Below, one piece after another: positions 24,070-36,791 of a stretch of DNA of 64,000 bases (the first letter of the stretch is position 1; each line of letters starts with the position of its first letter). Made by a program: the position numbers and the translations under genes. Where the stretch lies: assembly GCA_965285935.1 (NCBI GenBank), contig OZ260664.1:12276001-12340000 (forward strand), written 5' to 3'. This stretch comes from Ophelia neglecta (taxonomy: Eukaryota). The notes below the pieces were generated by a model, which was not told where the DNA came from, did not search any database, and saw nothing but the letters and a program-made list of their open reading frames with translations.

Positions 24070-25298
24070 CATAATCGCAGCCAATTTGTTGACTACCAAG
24101 GCACTTATTCGATGCATTTAAACATTTCTTGTGGTGTGCCCCAGGGGTCTATCCTGGGGCCGCTACTGTTTCTTCTCTATATCAATGATATGGCAACAGT
24201 TTCTAAAGTTTTATTTACTCTTTTGTTTGCCGACGACTCTAATTTTCTTGTTACGGGTAAAAATATCGATAATTTACTGGACACAGTCAACAAAGAAATC
24301 TCACTTATTTTACCGTGGTTATATGCTAATAAACTTACTCTTAATGTTAACAAGACACACTTTATGATATTTTGCAACAAAGGCCGTACTGTAGAGCCTA
24401 TTTGTGACCTGACTATTAAAGGTCAAAAGATTGATCGTGTACACAAGACAAAATTCTTAGGGGTTATCCTTGATTCCAATCTGACATGGAAGGACCATAT
24501 ATTATATATCAAAGGGAAAATTTGTAGAGGACTTGGTATCTTAACAAAGGCCCGTAAAGTTCTCACTAATAAAACTCTCCACTCGCTGTATTGTGCTTTC
24601 CTTTATCCATATTTGGATTACTGTATTGAGATTTGGGGGAGTACGTGTACAACGTATATCGATCCACTTCGTATTATTCAAAAGCGAGCCATAAGAATGG
24701 TCTTTGGGAAGTCCCAATCCGCGCCCTCCGCACCAATATTCTTAGAAAGCAACATTCTAACTGTTGACTCTATATTTCAATATAAACTTCATATATTTAT
24801 ATTTAAATTCCTTAATGGGAAATTACCAAGAATTATCTCGATGTTACTACAATTTAACTTTCAAGTTCATGCATATCCCACTCGCCAATCATGTAATCTC
24901 CATCTACCAATTGTGAAGACTAATGTATCAAAGAATCACATTTTATATCAGAGTATTACGACATACAACAATGCCAGATATTTCTTAGATTATAACTGTG
25001 CTATTCGTAGGTTTAAAAAAATGGTAAAATCTTTTCTCTGTTTGTAAATCATTCTCGCTTGTATTGTACTACATAACTATGGTACTGATGCTTCCAACCA
25101 TCTGTGTCGTGTACAGTAATGCACCTATTTTGTAATTTTTCTTATATAGATCTGTTGCATACGTTTATGGCGCAGCAACATTTTTTTAACAGTAGCAGAG
25201 GCCCATATAGGCTTAAGTTAGCCTCAGGAGCCAATTGGATTGTTTAACACAATGTACACAATATCTCGATTAATAAAGAAAGATCAATCAATCAAAAA
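24070..25298 (+). mobile_element. 5'-truncated LINE (CR1/L2-like RT fragment), longest copy (1229 bp)
   Basis: CGVPQGSILGPLLFLLYIND and LFADD RT motifs, (TCAA)n tail, AGTA TSD (24066-69 / 25299-302). Confidence 0.92.
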
Positions 25299-25477
25299 AG
25301 TATGGAAAGAAGCACCAACTTTACCAGCATAAACAGGTTATGAATTAAAACATGTTGTGTATTCAGGTCTTATTTCTACAAACAGTGGAATATATATTAT
25401 ATATATTATATAGAAAAGCTCCTCCTTCCATTAATTAAGTGTTCTCCTGAGAAGTGGCTGTCCGTACTAGACATTTC

Positions 25478-25548
25478 GGATGAGACGTATATATGACTGC
25501 GGCTATGAAATAGTTCAGTAGTTCGCACGACTCTTGAATAGGTCATGC
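25478..25548 (+). promoter_or_regulatory. SECIS-like hairpin (orphan copy, head of unit 3)
   Basis: ATGA 25493-96 ... AAA ... GA 25529-30. Confidence 0.6.
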
Positions 25549-28500
25549 TTAATACTAGTGGTTGATGCTTCATCTTGGTGACTGCAAACTTATGTAATAA
25601 TTTAACCTGCTTTAACGGCGACTCACACACGCAAGTAAAGGCGGCGTTTCATTGGGTGATATTGCAGCAAATCAGCATACCGGAAAGGTACCCACATATA
25701 TGGACTGCGGCCTTTCCAATTCGTAGTTCACTGTCGTCCGTGAAGTGGCGCCAGTAATATTAGTAAACCACCGTATTACTGCTACTGTCGGAGTAGTACG
25801 CTACATTAATGGTTGTTACTCATTTTAATTGATGCTATAGGTGTACTACTAAATATAGTTCATTCCTATAACATGTTAATGGAGTACTACTTGCTATGCT
25901 TAAGAGCCACCTCTGGTGGCCAAAGTCCTCACTCTTAAGTGATGTTATGAAAAGGACTATATTTTGCAATCCTCTATCAGACGTAACACAAACAGTTGTG
26001 GGTCGGTAGTGAAGTGCAGAGCCGTCCCGTATGATTTGAGTTTATCGGATCTATGTTTGGTTTTTATGATATTACATGAACCTAGAGAAGGTAAGCAATA
26101 TTAATTTGATCTCTTAATATCTGCTATGGAAAGTAAGTATGTTTAAGAGTGACAACAAGCATGATGTAATGTGTACTTACGATTGTTTTTTTAGTACCGC
26201 TTTTACCTGATTTAAGCATATTACCTCTTATAGTAGCAGTCTTGTTTCCATAGTAAACAAAATCACGCATTTTGACCATCGTCCTATTGGATGCATTTGT
26301 GTGCTATACCACAAATCATTTCCAAAATGTAGTTATTGAGCTTTAAATATAGTTGAACCTGAAAATTAAAAATTTATCTGTACCATGATAAAATTGATAT
26401 TTGGAATTGGGGTTTTTCACGACACATAAGCAACATGTTGGCCTTTTAGAATGCTTGTGGTTAGATACATAGGTGTATTAACAGTATTATATTTGATCTT
26501 GTATTATGCTTTATTGCAAAGAAAAACAATCCGCTTCACTTATGGACACATAGCGGGATAGGGTTTATTATCCGTTATTCTCGCGTTGAATTGTGGGAGT
26601 AATGGTATTGATGTCATTGCAGAATAAAACTTATATTAGAGTGTTGATTTTAGCACCCGTTCTCGTAATTACAACAGTTATACCTTACTAATAGATAAAA
26701 TACAAAAAGAAACTCCCAGTAATCGGCATAATGTGAGCAAAGATCTCCGGCTCATACTGCATCTTATCGGCCTCATTCGGACACATGTATATACATAGTT
26801 TCAATTAACGCTCTTTGTATAATTTTCCCTTATAAAAGACATGGAAATAAGGTTACGACAGTTTCGGCCGCAAGCAATGCCATGCGCTAACACCAGTTTA
26901 ATACACAGCTCCCACGAATAATAGGTAAATACATTAATTTTGATTTGATCCTAAAAAGATTATGAATCTAGCAGATTAATTCAATACCTATTACACAAGT
27001 TTGCATGTATAAGTTTATTAGGTCCCCTGGCTGAAAGGACCCCCAAAAGAAACCCTATGATAACAAGACTCCGGGGACGTAATCAACCAGTGTTGGCGAT
27101 CGGGGACATAAAACCCAGTAATTCAGACCGGATCCCTGAGTCAAGTTAAACATCTATTTGCAGAATCTGTTGCATATTCATATAATATTACTCTTTTCCT
27201 ATCTATTATTCTAAACTTCTCATGTAACCTCATCGCTGACCCTGGTACAGGTAGGGAAGAAATACTCTCTTCAAAAACACAAGTTTCCCATGCCAAATTT
27301 TCTACGTTGGTTCGTAGGTAATTGTGAGATATTCTGCGTACAACGTTCATAAATGCATTTACCCACATAAAACGGTGAATAATCTCATCTAGGTCAAGAA
27401 GATTGTGCACTTATCATTGACAGATTACTGTTTGATAACTGTTTTAGAACAATGGTATCATACGATGTGCTTAGGAATTTGGTCTATGTTTAGACAAGAA
27501 TACTTCAGACCCAGCGGTGGTTGATAGTGCACAACATTTATCAAGTTGAATCGAGTGTTTACATCATATAATAATCAACGTTTGAGTAGTGTTTTAGTAG
27601 TGCGTGTTGGTCTTAAATTTTTTTTATTGGCCATATATTTGCAAAGTTATCTAATGGCCGCTTGAATGTTCGTTTTTCCTCATGCTGCTTATCGAGTGGC
27701 CCTTCAAAGTCCGTGCCCCTTGAAGGTTATCTAGCCATCTTAAAAGGTGTATACTTATAAATCCGACAGAATATCATTAATTTGAGACTGTTACAGGAAT
27801 TCATTACAATTAGACCATCCGGTGTCTATAGTTATATCCATATTGCTATTTATGTTGCCTTAATGCATGCACACCAGCCGATATGTAATTGAATGATCAA
27901 ATGTTCATATATTGTCTCTTTCCGGAAGCTATTACAATGATCACAACTACCTTTAATTATTAATGAAAGTAAACATTAAAAGGTAGGTATTATAGCCAGG
28001 GCTTCATTCTGTTCCTTAACATATGGGTTTTCAATGAGCAGCCTATTGCATAGCAGGGCACAAGTGGCCTGACCTGGGGATCCGGGATAGGTCAGAGGGA
28101 AGATTTATGGCTGTGTGTTGTATGTATAGACAAGTACTTTTAAATAAATGTACTCATGATTCCAAGATTATCATCTGCCAATCGAGAAGCCTGGCAGTTA
28201 ACCAGTTAACTATGAAAAGAGAAAGTGCCTGCATTATGGTTCAAACTAATTTACTGCATAAGGTATAATAAATATAATCAAGAAACTATCTTAAATTTTC
28301 ACTATTCTTCAATATTGTAAACAGTAAAACTTCTTGGTAACAACATATATGCCATATGCTATGTCTTATAGAGTTTGATAACGGACCGATGCGCATGTGT
28401 TATATATGAGATGCTTTACTGCATCTATGCTTGTGTCCTACGATTGCCTTAAAATCTAACAATTACTAGTATTATAATGCAACATAATGCTAATAGTTTA

Positions 28501-28599
28501 ACATTTGTTTCATGGATAATGAGAGGTAGGTTATTACAAACCCATCAGTCGGTACGTCTGAGACGGTAAATCGTGGCCCGGGAGGATATTAACATAAAA

Positions 28600-29004
28600 C
28601 CTCCGTTTATCAATACCATACAGGAATTTGCGCGTCTTGTCAAGGAATATGGCGACGTTTGTGATTTTCTGGTGGTCTATATTCGGGAAGCTCATGGTAT
28701 AGGAGAATGGTACTTCCGGGGCAACAAGTACCAGATAAAGGAATCTGACACTTTAGAAGATCGAGTAGCGGCAGCTAACAATCTACGAAATGAGATTGGG
28801 GATATTTGCCCAATTACAGCCGACTTATTGGACAACGATATGTCTTTGTGGTACAAGGCCTTTCCTGAGAAACTGTGTGTAGTAGAAGATGGTCGAGTAC
28901 GCTATATTGGGGGCCCGGGACCTCACTGTTACAGCATAGCGGAGGTCGACGCCTGGCTCAAACAGCACACAAACAGGGAAAACGTTAAAACTCGATCATG
29001 TTAA
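28600..29004 (+). pseudogene. Deiodinase copy 3 (type A), 5'-deleted pseudogene lacking codons 1-139 including Sec
   Basis: Promoter-region sequence ...GATATTAACATAAAA (28599) is joined directly to CCTCCGTTT (PPF); the equivalent of 13697-14468 is missing. The remaining 134 codons encode the same protein as copy 1. Confidence 0.9.
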
Positions 29005-29537
29005 AACCAAATTTATCAAAAATAAATTCTAAATAAATTGTCTTACTTGTTAACAACCATGTCTTGAATATCTAGCTACGGCCTCTTATTTTTTGGGATG
29101 AACCTTTACAGATTCAGATTTAGAGTTTGCTGCATGGATAAGAGATCGATGCAATTGCAGTCTGCATCGAATAAGTGAGGAAAAAGGCAACAAATGTACC
29201 AGCAGAAAAAAAGGTTATGACTTAAAGGATGATGTGTATTCATGTGTTATTTCTACATACAAGGGAATATATATTATATATATTATATACAAAATCCTCT
29301 CCATCCATTAATTAAGTGTTCTCCTGAGGTGTGGCTGTCCGTACTAGACTATTTGAATGAGCAATGCTTTATGATCAAATATCAAACTACTAACGGACGT
29401 CTTTGATATATTCATGTCTGCAAAAAATCTTTCTTGATCAGAATTTCAGCAGAAACTAGTGTTTCTCTTTCTGCTTTAACCATTTTTATCATTTTTATTG
29501 TTCTCTCCTGGGGTGTTGTTTCCGTACTAGACATTTT

Positions 29538-29607
29538 GGACGAGACTAAACATGACTGCGGCTATGAAATAAATCAGTAGCCCGCACGAATCTTGAGTAG
29601 TTCATCT
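29538..29607 (+). promoter_or_regulatory. SECIS-like hairpin (candidate 2 type) downstream of copy 3
   Basis: ATGA 29552-55, AAA, GA 29588-89. The proximal SECIS of this unit is deleted at about 29349/29350. Confidence 0.6.
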
Positions 29608-30550
29608 TTAATACTAGTGGTCGATGCTTCACCTTGGTGATTGCAAACTAGTGTATTTATTTGAAACAGTATTGTCATAAAATATCAAACATTAAAAGGA
29701 CGTCTTTGATTTATTCATTGCAAAAAGAGTTTTAAAGGTGATACTCTTAAGCATATTTCCTCTGGCAGATGTTTGTTGTGTTAACTATATTATATTCTTA
29801 TATAGATACACCTGTAGTGATATAATTTTGAAATAAGACACCGGGTTATAATAATCGAATTTTCGGCAGGTAAGACAGCCTTCATCAATATTTTATTTAT
29901 ATTGAAAGGAAATTCCTAAAATACCTTGGTTTTATAAACCCTTCTCAGGTAAAGCCAATGTGTTGTCACACCCTACCGGTAACCACAATACTATCGTAAC
30001 TACACTTCTACCACAATGAAAGCCTGACTGTCAGCAACTTATACATGCATTCCGCAGGATTTGATTTAATATATATTAATCAATTATTTATGTTTAGGCC
30101 GTTACAGCATAGATGTAAATAATGAGACATTGGGTATGCAGTAGACATTACTGACCACCATTACACTGCCATTATTGTATTATTGTAATGCGCGGTGTAT
30201 TGAATATTTTCTAAATAATGATGTTAGCAATCGGAGACATTAATAACCCAGTATTTCTGGACCGGGTGCCTGAGTCCGGGTGAACAACCTGTTGCAAATG
30301 TATAGAATATTACTCTTTTCATATCGATTATTCTAGACTTCTCATGTAACCTCATCGCTGACCCTAGTACAGGTAGGGAAGAAATACTCTCTTCAAAAAA
30401 TCAAAAACACAAGTTTTCCACGCCAAAAGTTGGCGCGTAGCTAATTGTGAGATATTCTGCGTACAACGTTCATAAATGCATTTACTCACATAAAATCGTT
30501 TGCTGCATGGATAAGTGATCGATGGGATTGCAGTCTGCATTGAAGTAGTA

Positions 30551-31588
30551 CATAATCGCAGCCAATTTGTTGACTACCAAGGCACTTATTCGATGCATTT
30601 AAACATTTCTTGTGGTGTGCCCCAGGGGTCTATCCTGGGGCCGCTACCGTTTCTTCTCTATATCAATGATATGGCAACAGTTTCTAAATTTTTATTTACT
30701 CTTTTGTTTGCCGACGACTCAAATTTTCTTGTTACGGGTAAAAATATCGATAATTTACTGGACACAGTCAACAAAGAAATTTCACTTATTTTACCGTGGT
30801 TATATAAAATTTGTAGAGGACTTGGTATCTTAACAAAGGCCCGTAAAGTTCTCACTAATAAAACTCTCCACTCGCTGTATTATGCTTTCCTTTATCCATA
30901 TTTGTATTACTGTATTGAGATTTGGGGGAGTACGTGTGCAACGTATATCGATCCACTTCGTATTATTCAAAAGCGAGCCATAAGAATGGTCTTTGGGAAG
31001 TCCCGATCCGCGCGCTCCGCACCAATATTCTTAGAAAACAACATTCTAACTGTTGACTCTATATTTCAATATAAACTTCATATATTTATATTTAAATTCC
31101 TTAATGGGAAATTACCAAGAATTATCTCGATGTTACTACAATTTAACTTGCAAGTTCATGCATATCCCACTCGCCAATCATGTTATCTCCATCTACCAGT
31201 TGTAAAGACTAATGTATTAAAGAATCACATTTTATATCAGAGTATTACGACATACAACAATGCCAGAGATTTCTTAGATTATAACCGTTCTATTCATACG
31301 TTTAAAAAAATGGTAAAATCTTTTCTCTGTTTGTAAATCATTCTCGCTTGTATTGTACTACATAACTATGGTACTGATGTTTCCAACCATCTGTGTCGTG
31401 TACAGCAATGCACCTATTTTGTAATTTTTCTTATATAGATCTGTTGCATACGTTTATGGCGCAGCAAAAAAAATTTAACAGTAGCAGAGGGTCATATAGG
31501 CTAAAGTTAGCCTCAGGAGCCAATTAGATTGTTTAAACACAATGTACACAATATCTCGATTAATAAAGAAAGATCAATCAATCAAAAA
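30551..31588 (+). mobile_element. 5'-truncated LINE (CR1/L2-like RT fragment), with a 192-bp internal in-frame deletion
   Basis: Same insertion as 24070-25298; GVPQGSILGP and LFADD present; AGTA TSD. Confidence 0.9.
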
Positions 31589-31767
31589 AGTATGGAAAGA
31601 AGCACCAACTTTACCAGCATAAACAGGTTATGAATTAAAAGAGGTTGTGTGTTCAGGTCTTATTTCTACAAACAGTGGAATATATATTATATATATTATA
31701 TAGAAAAGCTCCTCCTTCCATTAATTAAGTGTTCTCCTGAGAAGTGGCTGTCCGTACTAGACATTTC

Positions 31768-31838
31768 GGATGAGACGTATATATGACTGCGGCTATGAAA
31801 TAGTTCAGTAGTTCGCACGACTCTTGAATAGGTCATGC
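31768..31838 (+). promoter_or_regulatory. SECIS-like hairpin (orphan copy, head of unit 4)
   Basis: ATGA 31783-86 ... AAA ... GA 31819-20. Confidence 0.6.
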
Positions 31839-34800
31839 TTAATACTAGTGGTTGATGCTTCTTCTTGGTGACTGCAAACTTATGAATTTATATAACCTGC
31901 TTTAACGGCGACTCACACGCGCAAGTAAAGGCGGCGTTTCATTGGGTGATATTGCAGCAAATCAGCATACCGGAAAGTTACCCACATATATGGACTGCGG
32001 CCTTTCCTATTCGTAGTTCACTGTCGTCCGTGAAGTGGCGCCAGTAAAATTAGTAAACCACCGTATTACTGCTACTATCGGAGTAGTACGCTACATTATT
32101 GGTTGTTACTCATTTTAATTGATGCTATATGTGTACTACTAAATATAGTTCATTCCTATAACATGTTAATGGAGTACTACTTGCTATGGTTAAGAGCCAC
32201 CTCTGGTGGCCAAAGTCCTCGCTCTTAAGTGATGTCATAAAAAGAACTATATTGGGCAATCCTCTATCAGACGTAACACAAACAGTTGTGGGTCGGTAGT
32301 GAAATGCAGAGCCGTCCCGTATGATATGAGTTTATCGGATCTATGTTTGGTTTTTATGATATTACATGCACCTAGAGAAGGTAAGCAATATTAATTTGAT
32401 CTCTTAATATCTGCTATGGAAAGTAAGTATGTTTAAGAGTGACAACAAGCATGTTGTAATGTGTAATTACGATTGTTTTTTTAGTACCGTTTTTACCTGA
32501 TTTAAGCATATTACCTCTTATAGTAGCAGTCTTGTTTCCATAGTAAACAAAATCAGGCGTTTTGACCATCGTCCTATTGGATGCATTTGTGTGCTATGCC
32601 AAAAATCATCTCCAAAATGTAGTTATATGAGCTTTAAATATAGTTGAACCTGAAAATTAAAAATTTATCTGTACCATGATAAAATTGATATTTGGAATTG
32701 GGGTTTTTCACGACACATAAGCAACATGTTGGCCTTTTAGAATGCTTGTGGTTAGATACATAGGTGTATTAACAGTATTCTATATTTGATCTTGTATTAT
32801 GCTTTATTGCAAAGAAAAACAATCTGCTTCACTTATGGACACATAGCGGGATAGGGTTAATTATCCGTTATTCTCGCGTTGAATTGTGGGAGTAATGGTA
32901 TTGATGTCATTGCAGAATAAAACTTATATTAGAGTGTTGATTTTAGCACCCGTTCTCGTAATTACAACAGTTGGACCTTACTTATAGATGGAATACAAAC
33001 AGAAACTCCCAGTAATCGGCATAATGTGAGCAAAGATCTCCGGCTAATACCGCAGCTTATCGGCCTCATTCGGACACATGTATATACATAGTTTCAATTA
33101 ACGTTCTTTGTATAATTTTCCCTTATAAGACATGAAAATGATGTTAAGATAGTTTCGGTCGCAAGCAATGCCATGCGCTAACACCAGTTTAATACACACT
33201 CTCCCATGAATAATAGGTAAATACATTAATTTTGATTTGATCGTCAAATGATTATATATCCAGCAAATTAATTCAATTCCTATTACACAAGTATGCATGT
33301 ATAAGTTTATTAGGTCCCCTGGGTAAAAGGACCCCCATAAGAAACCCTATGATAACAAGACTCCGGGGACGTAATCAACCAGGGTTGGCAATCGGGACGT
33401 AAAAACCCAGTTTATTAGACCGGATCCCTGAGTCACGTTAAACATCCATTTGCAGAATCTGTTGCATATGTATATAATATTTCTCTTTTCCTATCTATTA
33501 TTCTAAACTTCTCATGTAACCTCATCGGTGACCCAGGTACAGGTATGGAAGAAATACTCTCTTCAAAAACATAAGTTTCCCATGCCAAATTTTCTACGTT
33601 GGTTCGTAGCTAATTGTGAGATATTCTGCGTACAACGTTCATAAATGCATTTACCCACATAAAACCGTGAATAATCTCATCTAGGTCAAGAAGATTGTGC
33701 ACTTATCATTGACAGATCACTGTTTAATAACTGTTTTAGAACAATGGTATCACACGATGTGCTTAGGAATTTGGTCTATGTTTAGATAAAAAAAAAACTT
33801 TACCTTTAACGTTGGTTAAAAGTGCACAACATTTATCAAGTTGAATCGAGTGTTTACATCATATATTGTAATCGGGTTTTGAAGAGTGTTTTAGTAGTGC
33901 GGGTTGGTCTAAAGTTTTCTTTTTATTGGCCATATATATGCAAAGTTATCTAATGGCCGCTTGAATGTTCGTGTTTCCTGAAGGTTATCTAGCAATCTTA
34001 AGAGGTGTACACTTATAAATCCGATTTATGTTGCCTAAATGCATGCACACCAGCCGATATGTAATTGAATGATCAAATGTTCATATATTGTCTCTTTCCG
34101 TTAGCTATTACAATGATCACAACTACCTTTAATTATTAATGAAAGTAAACATTAAAAAGTAGGTATTATAGCCAGGGCTTCATTCTGTTCCTTAACATAT
34201 GGGTTTTCAATGAGCAGCCTATTGCATAGCAGGGCACAAGTGGCCTGACCTGGGGATCCGGGATAGGTCAGAGGGAAGATTTATGGCTGTGTGCTGTATG
34301 TATAGACAAGTACTTTTAATTAAATGTACTCATGATTCCAAGATTATCATCTGCCAATCGAGAAGCCTGGCAGTTAACCAGTTAACTATGAAAAGAAATA
34401 GTGCCTGCATTATGGTTCACACTTCTAATTTACTATATATGGTATAATAAATATAATCAAGAAACTATCTTTAATTTTCACTATTCTTTCTTATTGTAAA
34501 CAGTAAAACATCTTGGTTACAATATATATGACATATGCTATGTCTTATAGAGTTTAATAACGGACCGATGCGCATGTGTTGTATATTAGATGCTTTACGG
34601 CATCTATACTTGTGTCCAACGATTTCCCTAAATACTCACAAATACTAGTATTATAATGTAATATAATGCGAATATTCTAATTTTACTTTCATGGATTATG
34701 AGAGGTAGGTTATTTTATACCCATCAGTCGGTACGTCTGAGACGGTAAATCGTGGCCTGGGAGAATATTATCATAAAAGCACTACTTATTGAGATATTCC

Positions 34801-35099
34801 TAGCTAATGATTGTGGATTCATCGTCGGTTATCCATTCCCTTTTCATTCAACAGCGTGGCCCTCTTTTCACTGTTCTTTTCCAAAAGCCAGCGCCACGGC
34901 GGCCCTTAAGTAATTACCACTATCGACCAGTCAAGCTTCATGCAGGACAGCTATGCTCTGTGATAATTTCAACTTCTGTTGCGTTGATTCTACTGCTGTG
35001 CGAGATATTTATAGCATTTTTATCTGGCTTTGTTTATTCACTGTCCATAATGTACCTCTTATTGTACCTTATAGTGTCGTCACTGGAAGAATTTGCATC

Positions 35100-35925
35100 A
35101 TGGCGGGTACTACGTTTAATCGTAGTATGAAGAAACCAACAAGGCAGCGCGTTCGGATGACGATTATTCACGTCTTTTATGTGGTTTGGTCGGTCCTTTT
35201 GCAGTATGTATATAAATATCTAATTCCAAGAAAATACAGTGTGGCGATCTTCCAATCCCTACTAAATCGCATGCATACACGCGCCCAAGAGTCTCACCGT
35301 AGAGGCATATGTGGAAAGTATAACTGTTCGAATGCTTTTAAGTAAGATAAAGAATGGTATCCTTGAGGGTATGCATGGTGGGATGCTGGGAGTCGGCGAC
35401 TATGTGCCCAACTCAGCAATGGTGCGATTGAATCCTGACGGAGGTTATAGCGCATGCACTCTGTCAGATTTCCTACAAACAGGCCGCCCTCTGGTGATTA
35501 CATTTGGCAGCTGTACCTGACCTCCGTTCATCAATACCATACAGGAATTTGCGCGTCTTGTCAAGGAATATGGCGACGTTTGTGACTTTCTGGTGGTCTA
35601 TATTCGGGAAGCTCATGGTATAGGAGAATGGTTCTTCCGGGGCAACAAGTACCAGATAAAGGAAGCTGACACTTTAGAAGATCGAGTAGCGGCAGCTAAC
35701 AATTTACGAAATGAGATTGGGGATATTTGCCCAATTACAGCCGATTAGTTGGATAACGATATGTCTTTGTGGTACAAGGCCTCTCCTGAGAAACTGTGTG
35801 TAGTAGAAGATGGTCGAGTACGCTATATTGGGGGCCCGGGACCTCACGGTTACAGCATAGCGGAGGTCGACGCCTGGCTCAAACAGCACATAAACAGGGA
35901 AAACGTTAAAACTCGATCATGTTAA
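35100..35925 (+). pseudogene. Deiodinase copy 4 (type B), pseudogene
   Basis: A 4-bp duplication GCATGCAT (35269-35276) shifts the frame. The Sec TGA is retained at 35518-20. TTG>TAG nonsense change at 35746-48. Confidence 0.9.
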
Positions 35926-36431
35926 AACCAAATTTATCAAAAATAAATTCAAAATAAATTGTCTTACTTGTTAACAACCATGTCTTGAATATCTAGCTAC
36001 GGCCTCTAATTTTTTGGGATGATCCTTTACAGATTCAGGCACAATTCTTAAAAGGTTTATCCTTAATACTAGCGATTGATAGTTAGTGTGGATTGTACTT
36101 TAGCAAATCTACCCCTCTATTTAAGGTCAACGTAAGTAACTATATTAGTGGTTGGCATTTATGTTACAAAATGTACCCAAATTAGTGTGCTGTGTTTATT
36201 GGGGTTTGCTGCATGGATTAGAGATCGATGCAATTGCCGTCTGCATTGAAGTAGTGAGGAAAGAGGCACCAACTGTACCAGCATATACAGGCTATGAATT
36301 AAACGATATTGTGTATTCATGTGTTATTTCTACAAACAGTGGAATATATATTATATATATTATATAGAAGAGCTCCTCCGTCCATTAATTAAGTGTTCTC
36401 CTGAGATGTGGTTGTCCGTACTAGACATTTT

Positions 36432-36502
36432 GGATGAGACGTATATATGACTGCGGCTATGAAATAGTTCAGTAGTTCGCACGAATCTTGAATAGGTCCA
36501 GC
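36432..36502 (+). promoter_or_regulatory. SECIS-like hairpin 1 downstream of copy 4
   Basis: ATGA 36447-50, AAA, GA 36483-84. Confidence 0.6.
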
Positions 36503-36791
36503 TTAATACTAGTGGTTGATGCTTCATCTTGGTGACTGCAAACTTATGTAATAATTTGAATGCACAATATTTTATGATCAAATATCAAACATCTAACGGA
36601 CGTCTTTGATATATTCATGTCTGCAAATAATCTTTCTAAAACTGAAATACGGCAGAAACTAGTGTTTTCCTACATGCTTTAAACATTTATATCATTTTTC
36701 CCCTCCAAGGTCACAATTACATTATATCCAAAAAAGATTCATCCATTATTATTGTGCTCTCCTGGGGTGTTGTTTCCGTACTAGACATTTT

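Noticed and set aside
16730-31336. RT ORFs next to repeats as a retron, DGR or CRISPR-RT-like system
   Set aside because: They are 5'-truncated eukaryotic LINE fragments with a TSD, a 3' microsatellite tail and a visible empty site. The repeats are segmental duplications, not spacer arrays.
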